Assembly: GCA_003566775.1 (NCBI GenBank)
Contig: PXBW01000215.1
Location: forward strand, 3,529-67,528
From: a candidate division WS1 bacterium
Lineage (GTDB): Bacteria > Armatimonadota > Zipacnadia > Zipacnadales > UBA5352
Direction of reading: 5' to 3'
DNA: 64,000 nt
Part shown: one piece after another, positions 48,458 to 58,191 of the stretch
Layout: every line of letters begins with the position of its first letter
Numbering within the stretch: the stretch's first letter is position 1
Translations under genes and position numbers: made by a program
The notes under the pieces: model-generated
Database searches by the model: none
What the model was told of the DNA's origin: nothing
What the model saw: the letters and a program-made list of their open reading frames with translations, nothing else

Positions 48458-49096
48458 TCAGCCGGTGATCTTCGCGCAGACCGTCCACCACGCGTCGTCA
48501 CTCGCGCGCTGGCAGTCGCGCAGCATCGACTGCAGCCGCGCGCGCTTCGCCGTCACGAAGGCCTCGTCATCGATCAGCGCGAGGTTCACCTCGACGTTGA
48601 GCCAGCCGCACTCACACGCCGCCTGGCACAGCTTCGCCGCCACGCCGACGTCGCTGACGAGATTCTGATTGCCCTTCTGTGCGAGCGGCTTGAGGTGGCC
48701 GGAAAGCTCCGCGCAGGCCGCCACGAGCTTCAGCGGAACCTCCGCAGCCTGCCTCAGCGCGGCCTGGATCGCCTCGGATCGCGCCTGTTTCTGCTCATCG
48801 CTCTTGCGCGGCATACCGTAGGCATCGCCGACCGCCCCGAAGGCCACCACGTCCTCCTGTACAAGCGCGAGCATCTCTTCGCTCAGCCGGTCGATGGCCT
48901 CAAGGTGCGCGCGGATCGCGTCCTCGACATCCGCGTACTTCTTCTTTCCGATGGTGAAGCTCCCGACCATGCGCGCGGAGGCCGCCGCCAGCGCCCCTGC
49001 AACCGCCGCCGCGGAGCCTCCTCCGGGCGCGGGCGCATCGCCTGCAAGCGCGGCCATGTATTCGTCAATCGTAAGATCGGGCATCTCTTGGGACAT
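48458..49096 (-). CDS. formiminotetrahydrofolate cyclodeaminase / methenyl-THF cyclohydrolase (FtcD-C/FchA) family protein
   Basis: LAGDAPAPGGGSAAAVAGALAAASARMV is the cyclodeaminase-family glycine/alanine-rich helix signature. The start is set at the ATG (MSQEMPDL) with a GGGAGG RBS 6 nt upstream; the six-frame ORF extends to 49174. Confidence 0.65.
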   Translation of the reverse strand: MSQEMPDLTIDEYMAALAGDAPAPGGGSAAAVAGALAAASARMVGSFTIGKKKYADVEDAIRAHLEAIDRLSEEMLALVQEDVVAFGAVGDAYGMPRKSDEQKQARSEAIQAALRQAAEVPLKLVAACAELSGHLKPLAQKGNQNLVSDVGVAAKLCQAACECGWLNVEVNLALIDDEAFVTAKRARLQSMLRDCQRASDDAWWTVCAKITG

Positions 49097-49170
49097 GATG
49101 ATCCTCCCGAATTCGTCTAAGCCGGGCTTCCCCGGAGTTCGCACTGTGAGCTTGACCAGTACCCCTGTGC

Positions 49171-51975
49171 TCACTCAGGCAGGATGGAGAAGTTGTCGAA
49201 CCAGAACTCGAAGTCCTCCAGCGAGAGATCCGGCGCATCGGGCGTACCCTCGGGGCGGATGCCGACACCGGAGAGACCGATCATGCCGACGCGACGCTCG
49301 AGGACCTCGACGCGTACCGTATGCTCCCCCGCCGGAAGCGTCATCTCACCAAGCGAGACTCGGGCCGGGACCGTACCGTCGGTCCAGTGCTCGTAGTCCT
49401 CGACCACGATCTCATCGTTGAGCATGATGCTCACCGCGCCCCGACTGTCGTGATCGAGCAGCTTAACGAATACCTCGCCGGTGGTTTCCTCCTCCAGTGT
49501 GAATCCCATCTCCAGCCACTGTCCGGGCTCATCAGCGCGCAGCAGCATGATGTCGAGGTTGCGAAGCGTCGCGACGTCGTCGGGGCCGTCGGGATCGCTC
49601 GCGATCGGCGCATCAACGGCCGGGAAGATCAGCCAGCCTACCGGTGGTGGTACCGTGGCCCAGGGTGTGTTGAACATCCACTGGCGCAGGTGCTGAAGGT
49701 CGGGATAGACCTCACGCACCTCCCGGACGTCCATCGTGAGGGTGTGCCATTCCCCGTCATCGACGAGCGTGTATCCATCGGGCACGGTTATGCGCGCGGC
49801 CTGGTTCTCGGTGGCGGCGATTATGAAGCTGCTCGGGCGATCGGGGGCATCGAAGGGAGTGAGATTTACCGTGACCGGGACGCCATGCGGAATGCGGTAG
49901 TCGAAGCGCACGATCGGGTACCTGTCGATGTCCCATTCACCCGGCGCGATCTGTGCCGCGGTCCGGTTGGCCTTGTCATCGTTGTAGTAGATGTGCATGC
50001 AGTGGCCTTCATCATCTTCGCGCTCGACATGAGCGAAGCCGGTCTGATGGCCGCGGTAGAACTTGAAGTGATAGCCCCAGGTCTCCCCGCGGGTCTCTTC
50101 CTCGAAGTCCGCCGCGACGAACGGCGCCGAGGGATCGACGGTCTCCCTCACGCGTACGAAGGCCACATCCACCTTTCGCGTGCCGTCGCTGAAGGTCGCG
50201 CGTACACTTACGCCGTAGGGGCCGGTATCCTCGAAGGTGTGGGTCGGCTCGATCTCATCGGAGAGGTTGCCGTCGGCGAAGTCCCAGGTTACGCTCTCAA
50301 GCTCGCCGCCTGAGGCATCGAGGGTGAACTGTACCGGTTCTCCCGGTTCGGCGAGCGCGGGTCGGGCGACGGCGCTTATGCGCGGCACGCTGTCGAGGCC
50401 GTGCTCGTACGCGCCCATATCCGGCGCCTCACCGGCCCACGGCATACTCACCGGCGTTCCATCCTCCCAGGTGACCTCACGGTCGAGGTGGAGAATCGCG
50501 GCCTGGCGGTAGCGCAGTTCAACGCGCTCGATCTGCGCGATGTTGTCGCCGCTACCGATCGCGATGAAGTCCCCCTCCTCGCCGTCGATGCCGAAACCGT
50601 CATAGAACGGGACGCCGTCATCGACGGGCAACTCCCGTCCGGCTCCTGCACCGAGAGTCCATGTCAGAGCCGCGCCCGCGTCGATTGCCTCGCTCCCGGG
50701 GCTGAGGCGGTAGTCACGGTTCTGAGAGTCCACGAAGTCCGGATCCTCATCGATGTTTTGATAGAACTCGGACCAGAAGTCTCCGACGGTTCGGGTTCGC
50801 TCGTTGGCCTCCTCCACCGACCAGATACTGCCCGCCCAGCTTACGCGCGCCTGCCCCGGCTCATCGCTGCGGAAGAGGTTCGTGATGAAGCGGTTGTCGT
50901 GGCTTATCCCGTCGGGGCGCGTGATATGCACATCGCCGCCCGCCCAATCGTTGCGGTAGAAGATGTTGTTTTGGAACTGATTGGTCGTGGTATTCATCTG
51001 TCCGAGGCTGATCGCTGTGCCCAGATTGTCCGCGAAAACATTGTGGTAGAAGCGGTTGTTCACGTTCACGAACGGGCCGCGGAACTGCCCGGTGCGGCTT
51101 GCGCCCCCATAGATGTAACTCGACATGGCGAGCGGACGGTGCAGGTTGTCGAAGACGCGGTTGAAGCGGACGATGCTGTAATCGTGTGAAGTCTGCGAGA
51201 CGCTGCCTGCCGAGCCGGCGCTGTCACGGGCGCGGGTCATGATATTGCCCTCGATCAGCGTGCGCCCGGCGTCCCATAGCGTATGGTTGCGCCCCCACTC
51301 ATTGTGCAGCACGTTACCCCGCACCACCACATAGTTGCTCCGGCTGATGGTCAGCGTGTTGTGCCCGGCACGCGCGGTGGAGTTGCCTTCGAAAAGAACA
51401 TGGGTGCACCTGAGGAGCTTGACCATGTCCACACAGCGACCGTTGGAGCGGTCGAACACGTTGTCGAGCAGGCGTATCTGCGATGAATCTCTGATCATGA
51501 AGATGTAGAAAGATCCGCCGAAGAACGAGCGCATCTCACAGCCCTCGACTGTGATGTTGTGCGAGTCCGCGATCGTTCCCCAGTTCGTTCGCGTACCACC
51601 GTCCACGAAGAAGTCGGCGATGACGATGTGCTCTCGGTCGGTGACGCTGATGATCTCCGGGGTCTCGCCGCGCACCAGCCGCGCCGCCCGGCGCTCGGCT
51701 GAGCGGTAGGTGATCGGAGCATCCGCGGTCCCGCTGTTCGCCGGGTTGATCGGACCGGGGTACTCGCCCGGCAGGAAGATCGCGGTGTCGCCGGGTTCAA
51801 GCGCCTCGTTGGCGCGCTCTATGCTCTGCCATGGAGCTTCCCGTGTTCCCTCGTTAGCATCATCGCCCTCGGGCGAGAGATAGTAGTCTGCCGCGTGAAG
51901 TGACGGCGCGATCAGTCCGCAGCAGATGGCGATCAGCGTCACGGCCAGAAGCGATCGTGTGTTTGCGTGAAGCAT
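49171..51975 (-). CDS. secreted right-handed parallel beta-helix (pectate-lyase-fold) protein with PKD domain and ~200 aa C-terminal domain of unknown function (paralog A)
   Basis: Signal peptide ...LIAPSLHA, then ADYYLSPEGDDANEGTREAPWQSIERANEALEPGDTAIFLPGEY (the DUF1565-type beta-helix N-cap). Many ~22-25 aa asparagine-ladder repeats follow (NxxxxN, IxxN), then DPDFVDSQNRDYRLSPGSEAIDAG and a PKD-like block (VTWDFADGNLSDEIEPTHTFEDTGPYGVSVRATFSDG). The start is at ATG 51975 (AGGTGA RBS); the listed 52017 is a TTG. Confidence 0.7.
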   Translation of the reverse strand: MLHANTRSLLAVTLIAICCGLIAPSLHAADYYLSPEGDDANEGTREAPWQSIERANEALEPGDTAIFLPGEYPGPINPANSGTADAPITYRSAERRAARLVRGETPEIISVTDREHIVIADFFVDGGTRTNWGTIADSHNITVEGCEMRSFFGGSFYIFMIRDSSQIRLLDNVFDRSNGRCVDMVKLLRCTHVLFEGNSTARAGHNTLTISRSNYVVVRGNVLHNEWGRNHTLWDAGRTLIEGNIMTRARDSAGSAGSVSQTSHDYSIVRFNRVFDNLHRPLAMSSYIYGGASRTGQFRGPFVNVNNRFYHNVFADNLGTAISLGQMNTTTNQFQNNIFYRNDWAGGDVHITRPDGISHDNRFITNLFRSDEPGQARVSWAGSIWSVEEANERTRTVGDFWSEFYQNIDEDPDFVDSQNRDYRLSPGSEAIDAGAALTWTLGAGAGRELPVDDGVPFYDGFGIDGEEGDFIAIGSGDNIAQIERVELRYRQAAILHLDREVTWEDGTPVSMPWAGEAPDMGAYEHGLDSVPRISAVARPALAEPGEPVQFTLDASGGELESVTWDFADGNLSDEIEPTHTFEDTGPYGVSVRATFSDGTRKVDVAFVRVRETVDPSAPFVAADFEEETRGETWGYHFKFYRGHQTGFAHVEREDDEGHCMHIYYNDDKANRTAAQIAPGEWDIDRYPIVRFDYRIPHGVPVTVNLTPFDAPDRPSSFIIAATENQAARITVPDGYTLVDDGEWHTLTMDVREVREVYPDLQHLRQWMFNTPWATVPPPVGWLIFPAVDAPIASDPDGPDDVATLRNLDIMLLRADEPGQWLEMGFTLEEETTGEVFVKLLDHDSRGAVSIMLNDEIVVEDYEHWTDGTVPARVSLGEMTLPAGEHTVRVEVLERRVGMIGLSGVGIRPEGTPDAPDLSLEDFEFWFDNFSILPE

Positions 51976-52450
51976 TGGTGAATCACCTGAGTGTTGGGGT
52001 GGCATTATTAGAAGCAATGGTAACTACTCACCTTGTGGCTTGGTAGCCCAAATATTGATGCCCGCAGGAAAGTAAGACCGGCAGGAGCGTGGAAATGAGG
52101 TGTAGGCTCACCGTAGCTCCATTCCGGGACGCTCCTGCCGTGAGTACGAATTGCGACCCGCAAGCTTTCAAATTCCGCCGCGACAAAGGAACACATGGAT
52201 TTTGAAGCCGGTCGGATCAACTCCGACGCCTGGCCTCTTGCCGCTGTGCGAGTTCGGTTCACCGCCTTGGATTCAACGACGGGATCGTCGCGTGCCTCGA
52301 GGACAACGCAATTACTTTAGCTCAAACTCACGTTCCGGAAATGCCGGGCAACTTCCGTCAACCGCACCCGTATCATTAGCCGTCCGTTGAAACAGAGGCG
52401 AGATTGCTACTCTTTCAGATCCACGAGAGTTCTGAGTGATAACTATCGTT

Positions 52451-53146
52451 TTAGTGGAGATAGTAGTAATCGATCGGTCCAGCACAGACGTTTGGGTTCT
52501 GAGGCCCGTAGGGTGATGTACTCGGCATCCACCGTGCATGGCCATCGACGAAGCCAAGGTTGGCCCCACCGTTGTGGCGGCCGTCCACCCAGTACCACGC
52601 GCCACCCACCTGGTCGTGAGGACTGTCGGTGCGGTACCAGAAGGTCACCATCGTATTGAAGTGGTGCGCGTCGCTGACGAAGACGCGTTCTGACGGACTG
52701 TCTATCTCTGCCATCAGTACCGGCGCCGGTGTCGCCGGAATACTCGTTCCATCGGGGTGTTCAAAAGCGAAAGTGTGGGTCGCGTATCCGGTGATCTGCA
52801 CCACAAAGCCATAGTTCCAATCTCGAGGGTTGGTGCTGCGCGAGCTTGGACAGTTCAGTATCTGCTCATTCATCAGGTACGGCATTATCGCGTCGTACCA
52901 GTGCAGCATCCAGCGGGGATCGGCAGTCTCTTCCCAATATCCCGACCGTGGCAATCTGTCATCGTAGTCCTGTGCGTACATAAGTGTCCCAGTGGTGATC
53001 TGCCTAATGTTACTGAGGCATGAAGTCTGTCGAGCCCTTTCCCGAGCGCGCGCAAACACCGGAAACAGGATCGCCGCCAGTATCGCGATAATCGCGATCA
53101 CCACCAGCAATTCGATCAGCGTAAAACCCTTTGTCCGTGTCAACAT
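52451..53146 (-). CDS. prepilin-type N-terminal cleavage/methylation domain protein, DUF1559 (H-X9-DG) family
   Basis: [41 protein letters not shown] and C-terminal [19 protein letters not shown] (H-X9-DG). An AAGAGGAGG RBS lies upstream. Confidence 0.8.
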   Translation of the reverse strand: MLTRTKGFTLIELLVVIAIIAILAAILFPVFARARERARQTSCLSNIRQITTGTLMYAQDYDDRLPRSGYWEETADPRWMLHWYDAIMPYLMNEQILNCPSSRSTNPRDWNYGFVVQITGYATHTFAFEHPDGTSIPATPAPVLMAEIDSPSERVFVSDAHHFNTMVTFWYRTDSPHDQVGGAWYWVDGRHNGGANLGFVDGHARWMPSTSPYGPQNPNVCAGPIDYYYLH

Positions 53147-53663
53147 CTTCAGAGCACCTCCTCTTAGCGTAGAGCTATTGTGAAACGGCTAATGCGGTCG
53201 CCTGAACGGCCGCATTGTGACCGACGGAAGTGTTCTTGCAGACAAAAAAATGAGCCCACCCATGCTCCGATACGAGCACGGCGGGCCCGGCCTATAAACG
53301 CTGGTCCGGTTGCTGTTGCGCCCACGGATGAAAGTCATTTTCTCCTCCGTTGACCTGCGCGCAACTACCTATTCTCTCACTCCACCTGACTATCCTTCCT
53401 GATCGCAAAAACAAAGGCGTAACTACTCACATGGCGACTTATCACGTAGGTAGAGTGTACCCCCCCCGAAGATTGTCAAGGGATGGACCCAAACTCTTCT
53501 CGCGCCTCGAGGGCCTGCCACTGTGGCTAAAGAACCTTACACAGTTCGCACAAATGGACGAAGCACTTTCCGAAGACTTACCGAAGTTCCCGGCCCCGCA
53601 GCTTAACACCGGCTGCCTCACCCGAGCAGACAACAGCCCAGGGGGCACCCAGCGGATTCCGTC

Positions 53664-56009
53664 TCATTCCTCCGGCAGGATTGCGAAGTTGTCGAACCAG
53701 AACTCCTGCCCTGCATCGTCGCTCCAGCTTGTGTAGAACATGAACTGGCGCAGGTACTGAAGCTCGGGATAGGCCTCTTGGACATCACGCACATCGAGGG
53801 TTACCGTGTGCCATTGCCCGTCATCGACAAGCTCGTAGAGATCGAGCACCTCGTTGCGCGTCACTCGATTCTCCGTCCCACCGAGGATGAAGCCGCGCGG
53901 GCGGTCCGGACCGGGGAAGGGCGTCACCTCGACCGCGACCGGCACGCCTTCGGGGATACGGTAGTCGAAGCGCACTAACGGGTAGCGGTCGATGTCCCAT
54001 GCGCCGGGAGCGATCTGCCCCGCCGTCCGGTTGGCCTTGTCATCGTTGTAGTAGATGTGCATGCACTTGCCCTCACCGTCGGGGCGCTCGACGTGTGAGG
54101 CCTCGGTCTGATGACCACGGTAGAACTTGAAGTGATAGCCCCAGGTGTCGCCACGGGTCTCATCCTCGAAGTCCACTTCGACCAGAGGCGCCTGTGGATC
54201 GAGCCGTTGTGGGACATGTACGAAGACCGGAGCAACGCCCCGTCGGCCGTCGGCGAAGGTCGCGCGAACCGTTACTCCGTAATGACCTGACTCTTCGAAC
54301 GCATGTGTTGGTTCCATCTCATCGGAGACGGTCCCGTCGTCGAAGTCCCACCGGACGGCCACGACCTCCCTGCCGAATGTGTCCAGCGAGAAGCTTACGG
54401 GCTCACCCGGCTCCACTGCCGCCGGATTCGCCAGCGCCACCACCGCGGTCGGATGTGCGGCTCCATGCTGGATCGCGCCGATGTCGGGCGCCTCCCCCGC
54501 CCACGGAAGGCTCACCGGCATGGCGTCCTCCCAGGTCACCTCACGGTCCAGATGAAGAATGGTCGGCTGGTAGGGCTGCGGCTCGATCCGCTGAATCTGC
54601 GCGATGTTGTCACCGTGGCCGACGGAGATGAAGTCGCCCTCTTCACCCTCGATGCCGAAGCCGTCGTAGAACCATGTCCCGTCGGTGACCGGAAGCTCCC
54701 GGCCGGTTCCTTCGCCCAGTGCCCACGTAAGCGGGGTACCCGCGTCGATCGCGGCACTCTCGGAGGAGAGGCGATAGTCGCGGTTGGCGGCATCAACGAA
54801 GCCGGGATCGGCGTCGATGTTGCCATGGAACTCCGACCAGAATCCCCCGGTTCCCAGACGAGTGTTTTCGTTCGCCTCGTCGGTGGTCCAGAAGTCCCCG
54901 GCAAAGCGCACGGTCGGCGCCCCCGGCGCGGCGCCGCTGAGGATATTGGTCATGAAGCGGTTACTGCGGTTAAGGCCGTCGGCGCGAACGACCTGGGTTC
55001 CGATCCCGGCGTAGTCGTTGCGATGGAAGATATTGTTCTTGAACACATTCGAGCTTACGTTGACCCCACCGATCTCCCAACCGTGTCCGAGGTTGTCGGC
55101 GATGGTGTTGTGATAGAATCGCGAGTTCACCGCGACGAAGGCCCCCCAACCGTGCTGGGTGGCGCCCGCGCGCCTGCCGAGGTAGCTGCCGGAGTTCATC
55201 GGCGTGTGAAGGTTGTCGAAGACGAGGTTGCGGCGGAAGATGCTGTCATCGTACAGGTTCTTGGCGCGGCTGTCGGCGGATCCGGCGCTGTCGCGGGCCC
55301 GTGTAATAATATTGTCCTCGATCAGCAGCCGGCCGTTATGCCAGAATTCGTAGTTGCGCCCCCACTCGGCGCGGAAGACGTTTGCGCGCACGACCACGTG
55401 GAAGCAGTTCGCGATGCGAAGCGGGCAATGCCCGACGCGCGTGATTGAATTGCCCTCGATAAGCACCTCACTGGATTGCAGCACATGAACCATATCCCCA
55501 CGCATACGATCCGCGCTGAGATGATTGTCGATCAGACGGAGGTGCGTGCAGCCGCGGAAGACCATCGTCCGCGGGCCGTTGCGCATTTCGCAGCCGCTGA
55601 TGGTTATGTGATCGGAGTCGGTGACCTGCCCCCAGTTGGCTCGCATCTGCCCGTCAATGTGAAAGTCGGCAATCGTGATATGCTCGTGACCATCGAGGCT
55701 GATAATCTCTCCGTCATCGGGGATCAGTCTCGCGGCGCGCGGTTCGGCGGAGCGGTATGCAATCGGCGCTCCGGCGAGGCCGTTGTTGGCCGGTGAGATC
55801 GTTCCGGCGTACTCGCCGGGCAAGAAGACGGCGGTGTCGCCGGGCCGGAGGGCGTCATTGGCCCTCTCGATGCTGCGCCAGGGGGCCTCCCGGCTGCCTG
55901 CCGCTTCATCATCCCCGTCCGGTCCGATGAAGTACTCCGTAGCGTGCGTCAACCCGCACGCCACCGTCACCATCAACGCCACAGTCGTCACAATCCGAAT
56001 AGTTCTCAT
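53664..56009 (-). CDS. secreted right-handed parallel beta-helix protein with PKD domain and C-terminal unknown domain (paralog B)
   Basis: Signal peptide MRTIRIVTTVALMVTVACGLTHA, then TEYFIGPDGDDEAAGSREAPWRSIERANDALRPGDTAVFLPGEY. It has the same domain order as paralog A (DPGFVDAANRDYRLSSESAAIDAG; VRWDFDDGTVSDEMEPTHAFEESGHYGVTVRATFADG; ETRGDTWGYHFKFYRGHQTE...). The start is at ATG 56009 with a GGAGGA RBS; the six-frame ORF extends to 56189. Confidence 0.7.
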   Translation of the reverse strand: MRTIRIVTTVALMVTVACGLTHATEYFIGPDGDDEAAGSREAPWRSIERANDALRPGDTAVFLPGEYAGTISPANNGLAGAPIAYRSAEPRAARLIPDDGEIISLDGHEHITIADFHIDGQMRANWGQVTDSDHITISGCEMRNGPRTMVFRGCTHLRLIDNHLSADRMRGDMVHVLQSSEVLIEGNSITRVGHCPLRIANCFHVVVRANVFRAEWGRNYEFWHNGRLLIEDNIITRARDSAGSADSRAKNLYDDSIFRRNLVFDNLHTPMNSGSYLGRRAGATQHGWGAFVAVNSRFYHNTIADNLGHGWEIGGVNVSSNVFKNNIFHRNDYAGIGTQVVRADGLNRSNRFMTNILSGAAPGAPTVRFAGDFWTTDEANENTRLGTGGFWSEFHGNIDADPGFVDAANRDYRLSSESAAIDAGTPLTWALGEGTGRELPVTDGTWFYDGFGIEGEEGDFISVGHGDNIAQIQRIEPQPYQPTILHLDREVTWEDAMPVSLPWAGEAPDIGAIQHGAAHPTAVVALANPAAVEPGEPVSFSLDTFGREVVAVRWDFDDGTVSDEMEPTHAFEESGHYGVTVRATFADGRRGVAPVFVHVPQRLDPQAPLVEVDFEDETRGDTWGYHFKFYRGHQTEASHVERPDGEGKCMHIYYNDDKANRTAGQIAPGAWDIDRYPLVRFDYRIPEGVPVAVEVTPFPGPDRPRGFILGGTENRVTRNEVLDLYELVDDGQWHTVTLDVRDVQEAYPELQYLRQFMFYTSWSDDAGQEFWFDNFAILPEE

Positions 56010-56225
56010 GGCTACATTCCTCCGAGACCTGGTTCGGCTGGATTTCGCATGTATCTTAGTCACGTCGGGGATGAAACCCTCCATTTGACCATCTGCCGCC
56101 GGGGGACGTAGAACTCTTCCGGGGCATCGCGAGCATCGTGGAACGCCGGTGAGTTCGTCCAACAGGTGCTTCGGGAGGTACCGTCTCACGCGTCTCCCGA
56201 CTCGCCTGGCATGCCAGTCAGTGGA

Positions 56226-58142
56226 TCAGCGCGATATCCAGATCGGTGAGGTCCATGCCCGGTGACCGTCCACCTGTGTTACGCGCAGGTAGTAGAAAAC
56301 GAACGGGGCGGCCATTTCGTAAGCAGGGGGCAGCCACAGGTCCTCAAGCTGATCCTCGTCGCATATCTCGTCCGCAAATGTCAACTTTCCCGGCTCCAGC
56401 GTCCTGATGATCTCGTTGTTGCGGACCAGTTCGATGCTTTTCAGCCGCTCGGTCCCGGCCGCGACACAGCGGAACTCCCGGTCGCCCGCGTAGTCAGCCA
56501 GCAGCGATCCCATCGCTTCGCCATCCAGCGTGAAGTTAACGAGCATCTTCTCGCCGGTCGTTGCGTAGCAGCGGCGCTGCTTGAGGCCCTCGAAGAGCGC
56601 CTCGCGGTCGAGTTTCGGAGCGAGTACTCCGGTACAGGCGGCACCATCGTTGACTCCGAACGGTCCGTTGCCGGGTTGAGCGAACTGATTGTCGGTGGAG
56701 GCCATGAAGCCGAGTCGATGTCCGAGGCGCAGCGCCTCACGGGCGGAGTGGGGTCCGCCCTCCTCGTTCTGCCCCCAGCGCGACCAGATCTCGATGCAGC
56801 GCTCGGCGTCAGCGAGATCTCGACCCCAGTCGGCCGGCCAGATGTAACGGGTGTGATGCACGCAGGTGATGGCGGCATAGTCATCGAGGGCTTTCCACAG
56901 GTCTTCTGGCGTCGGAAAGCGGTTCGCCGCAGAATCTCCGAGGTCATACTCGGGAGCCCGCCCGCGACTGACACGGAAGCGCCGGGCCTCGTCCAGCGAC
57001 CGAAAGTACGCGATCCGGTGGCCGCCCTCACAGTAGGTCTCAAATCCGGGGATGGTCACGAACGATCCCGGCTCGTGATACTCCTCGGTGAGACCGAGGT
57101 GCCGCTCCCACGCCTCCTGCGTGATCAGGCTGGCCGCGGAGTTCTGCTGGTGCGTGACGGCGCAGAAGTCGAGACCCGAGTACCAATAGCCGTACTCGTA
57201 GGCATCGCTGGCCGTCTCGAACCCGTCGCCCGGCTCAGCGTGCACATGGATGTCTCCAAAGTACACGTTCATGCCGTCGAAATCCTCAGGTCTGCCAACC
57301 GGGTTGCTCCGGCCGCAGATGCAGTTATCCTCGTCGAGCGCGTTCACGTAGTCGAATTGCCCCTTGCCTGTCGTCAGAATGCCCTCAGATCGCCTCTTCG
57401 CGCTGGAATGCTCAAGATCGATCCCGGAACATGGTTCGGTCCCGCGCCTCCACAATGCGATGCGCCCCTCGTAGTCGCCGGCCGGGTTCTCACTGATGCC
57501 ATCCACGGCCACGACCTGCACCCTCATCTGCGTCGCTTGCGACAAGACCGCAGGGCAGCGCACGCGTAGCCTGCGGGCGGTTCCTCCCCGCGCGCGCACT
57601 ACCGGCGGCTGCGCGACATCACGGAAGTGCTCCTCATCGGGGAAGCGCACGAGCGTAGGTAGTGGATGGTCGGCGGCGGTCTTCGGCACCTGCGCGGCGG
57701 GACCGATCGGATCGCCCATGTACAGCACCAGCGTCTCGCCGTCCTTCAACCTGCCGTGAAGGGTCATGTGAAAGAGGTAGTAGAAGCCACCCGAGCGCAG
57801 TTCGCAATCCACTCGCAGATCGCTGCCCTCCGGCCGATATGGCCTGACCAGCGCGAACGAGCCGCCGGGATGGCGCTCGGTGTTGGTGTCGAACTGCGAG
57901 TGGAGCTCGGTGAAAGCCATGCCGAGGTGTTTGCGCCAGAAGCGCGGCGGCGCGATGATGATCTCGCTGCCGTCGGGCAGCTCTAAGCCGCGCGGCGTGT
58001 ATTCGAGGCGCAGATGCACCGCATCCCCCGCCACGGCCTCATCCGGCACGGCGACGGCCTCCATCGTGATCGGCTCCCGCAGCATCGCCGCGTGCGAGTA
58101 CCGGCGCCAGTTTGCCGCCGTGATCTCCTCTCGCTGCATCAT
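56226..58142 (-). CDS. DUF3604-like / PHP-like (GDIHVH motif) protein
   Basis: 638 aa. The VYFGDIHVHAEPGDGFETASDAYEYG block resembles the PHP-domain HxH + acidic motif. The C-terminal ...VDGHRAWTSPIWISR resembles the DUF3604 C-terminus as I recall it. There is no signal peptide. The start is uncertain. Confidence 0.4.
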   Translation of the reverse strand: MMQREEITAANWRRYSHAAMLREPITMEAVAVPDEAVAGDAVHLRLEYTPRGLELPDGSEIIIAPPRFWRKHLGMAFTELHSQFDTNTERHPGGSFALVRPYRPEGSDLRVDCELRSGGFYYLFHMTLHGRLKDGETLVLYMGDPIGPAAQVPKTAADHPLPTLVRFPDEEHFRDVAQPPVVRARGGTARRLRVRCPAVLSQATQMRVQVVAVDGISENPAGDYEGRIALWRRGTEPCSGIDLEHSSAKRRSEGILTTGKGQFDYVNALDEDNCICGRSNPVGRPEDFDGMNVYFGDIHVHAEPGDGFETASDAYEYGYWYSGLDFCAVTHQQNSAASLITQEAWERHLGLTEEYHEPGSFVTIPGFETYCEGGHRIAYFRSLDEARRFRVSRGRAPEYDLGDSAANRFPTPEDLWKALDDYAAITCVHHTRYIWPADWGRDLADAERCIEIWSRWGQNEEGGPHSAREALRLGHRLGFMASTDNQFAQPGNGPFGVNDGAACTGVLAPKLDREALFEGLKQRRCYATTGEKMLVNFTLDGEAMGSLLADYAGDREFRCVAAGTERLKSIELVRNNEIIRTLEPGKLTFADEICDEDQLEDLWLPPAYEMAAPFVFYYLRVTQVDGHRAWTSPIWISR

Positions 58143-58191
58143 CGCCTGCTTCCTGCGCGTGACTGTACGCGCTGTGTCAGCCTCTGCTGCG

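Noticed and set aside
52008-52605. Small ORFs (84, 79, 97 aa) in the 430-nt spacer between the DUF1559 gene and beta-helix A
   Set aside because: None has a convincing RBS or start context and they overlap one another on different strands. The region is better explained as a non-coding leader containing the 12-bp inverted repeat reported in findings.
53350-53736. 128 aa plus-strand ORF in the beta-helix B / DUF1559 intergenic region
   Set aside because: It overlaps the 3' end of beta-helix B on the opposite strand, and has no RBS and low-complexity composition. The ~500-nt AT-richer intergenic region is more likely regulatory (promoter for the DUF1559 gene); a weak GAGC-N8-GCTC + T7 terminator-like element lies at ~53245-53280 on the minus strand.
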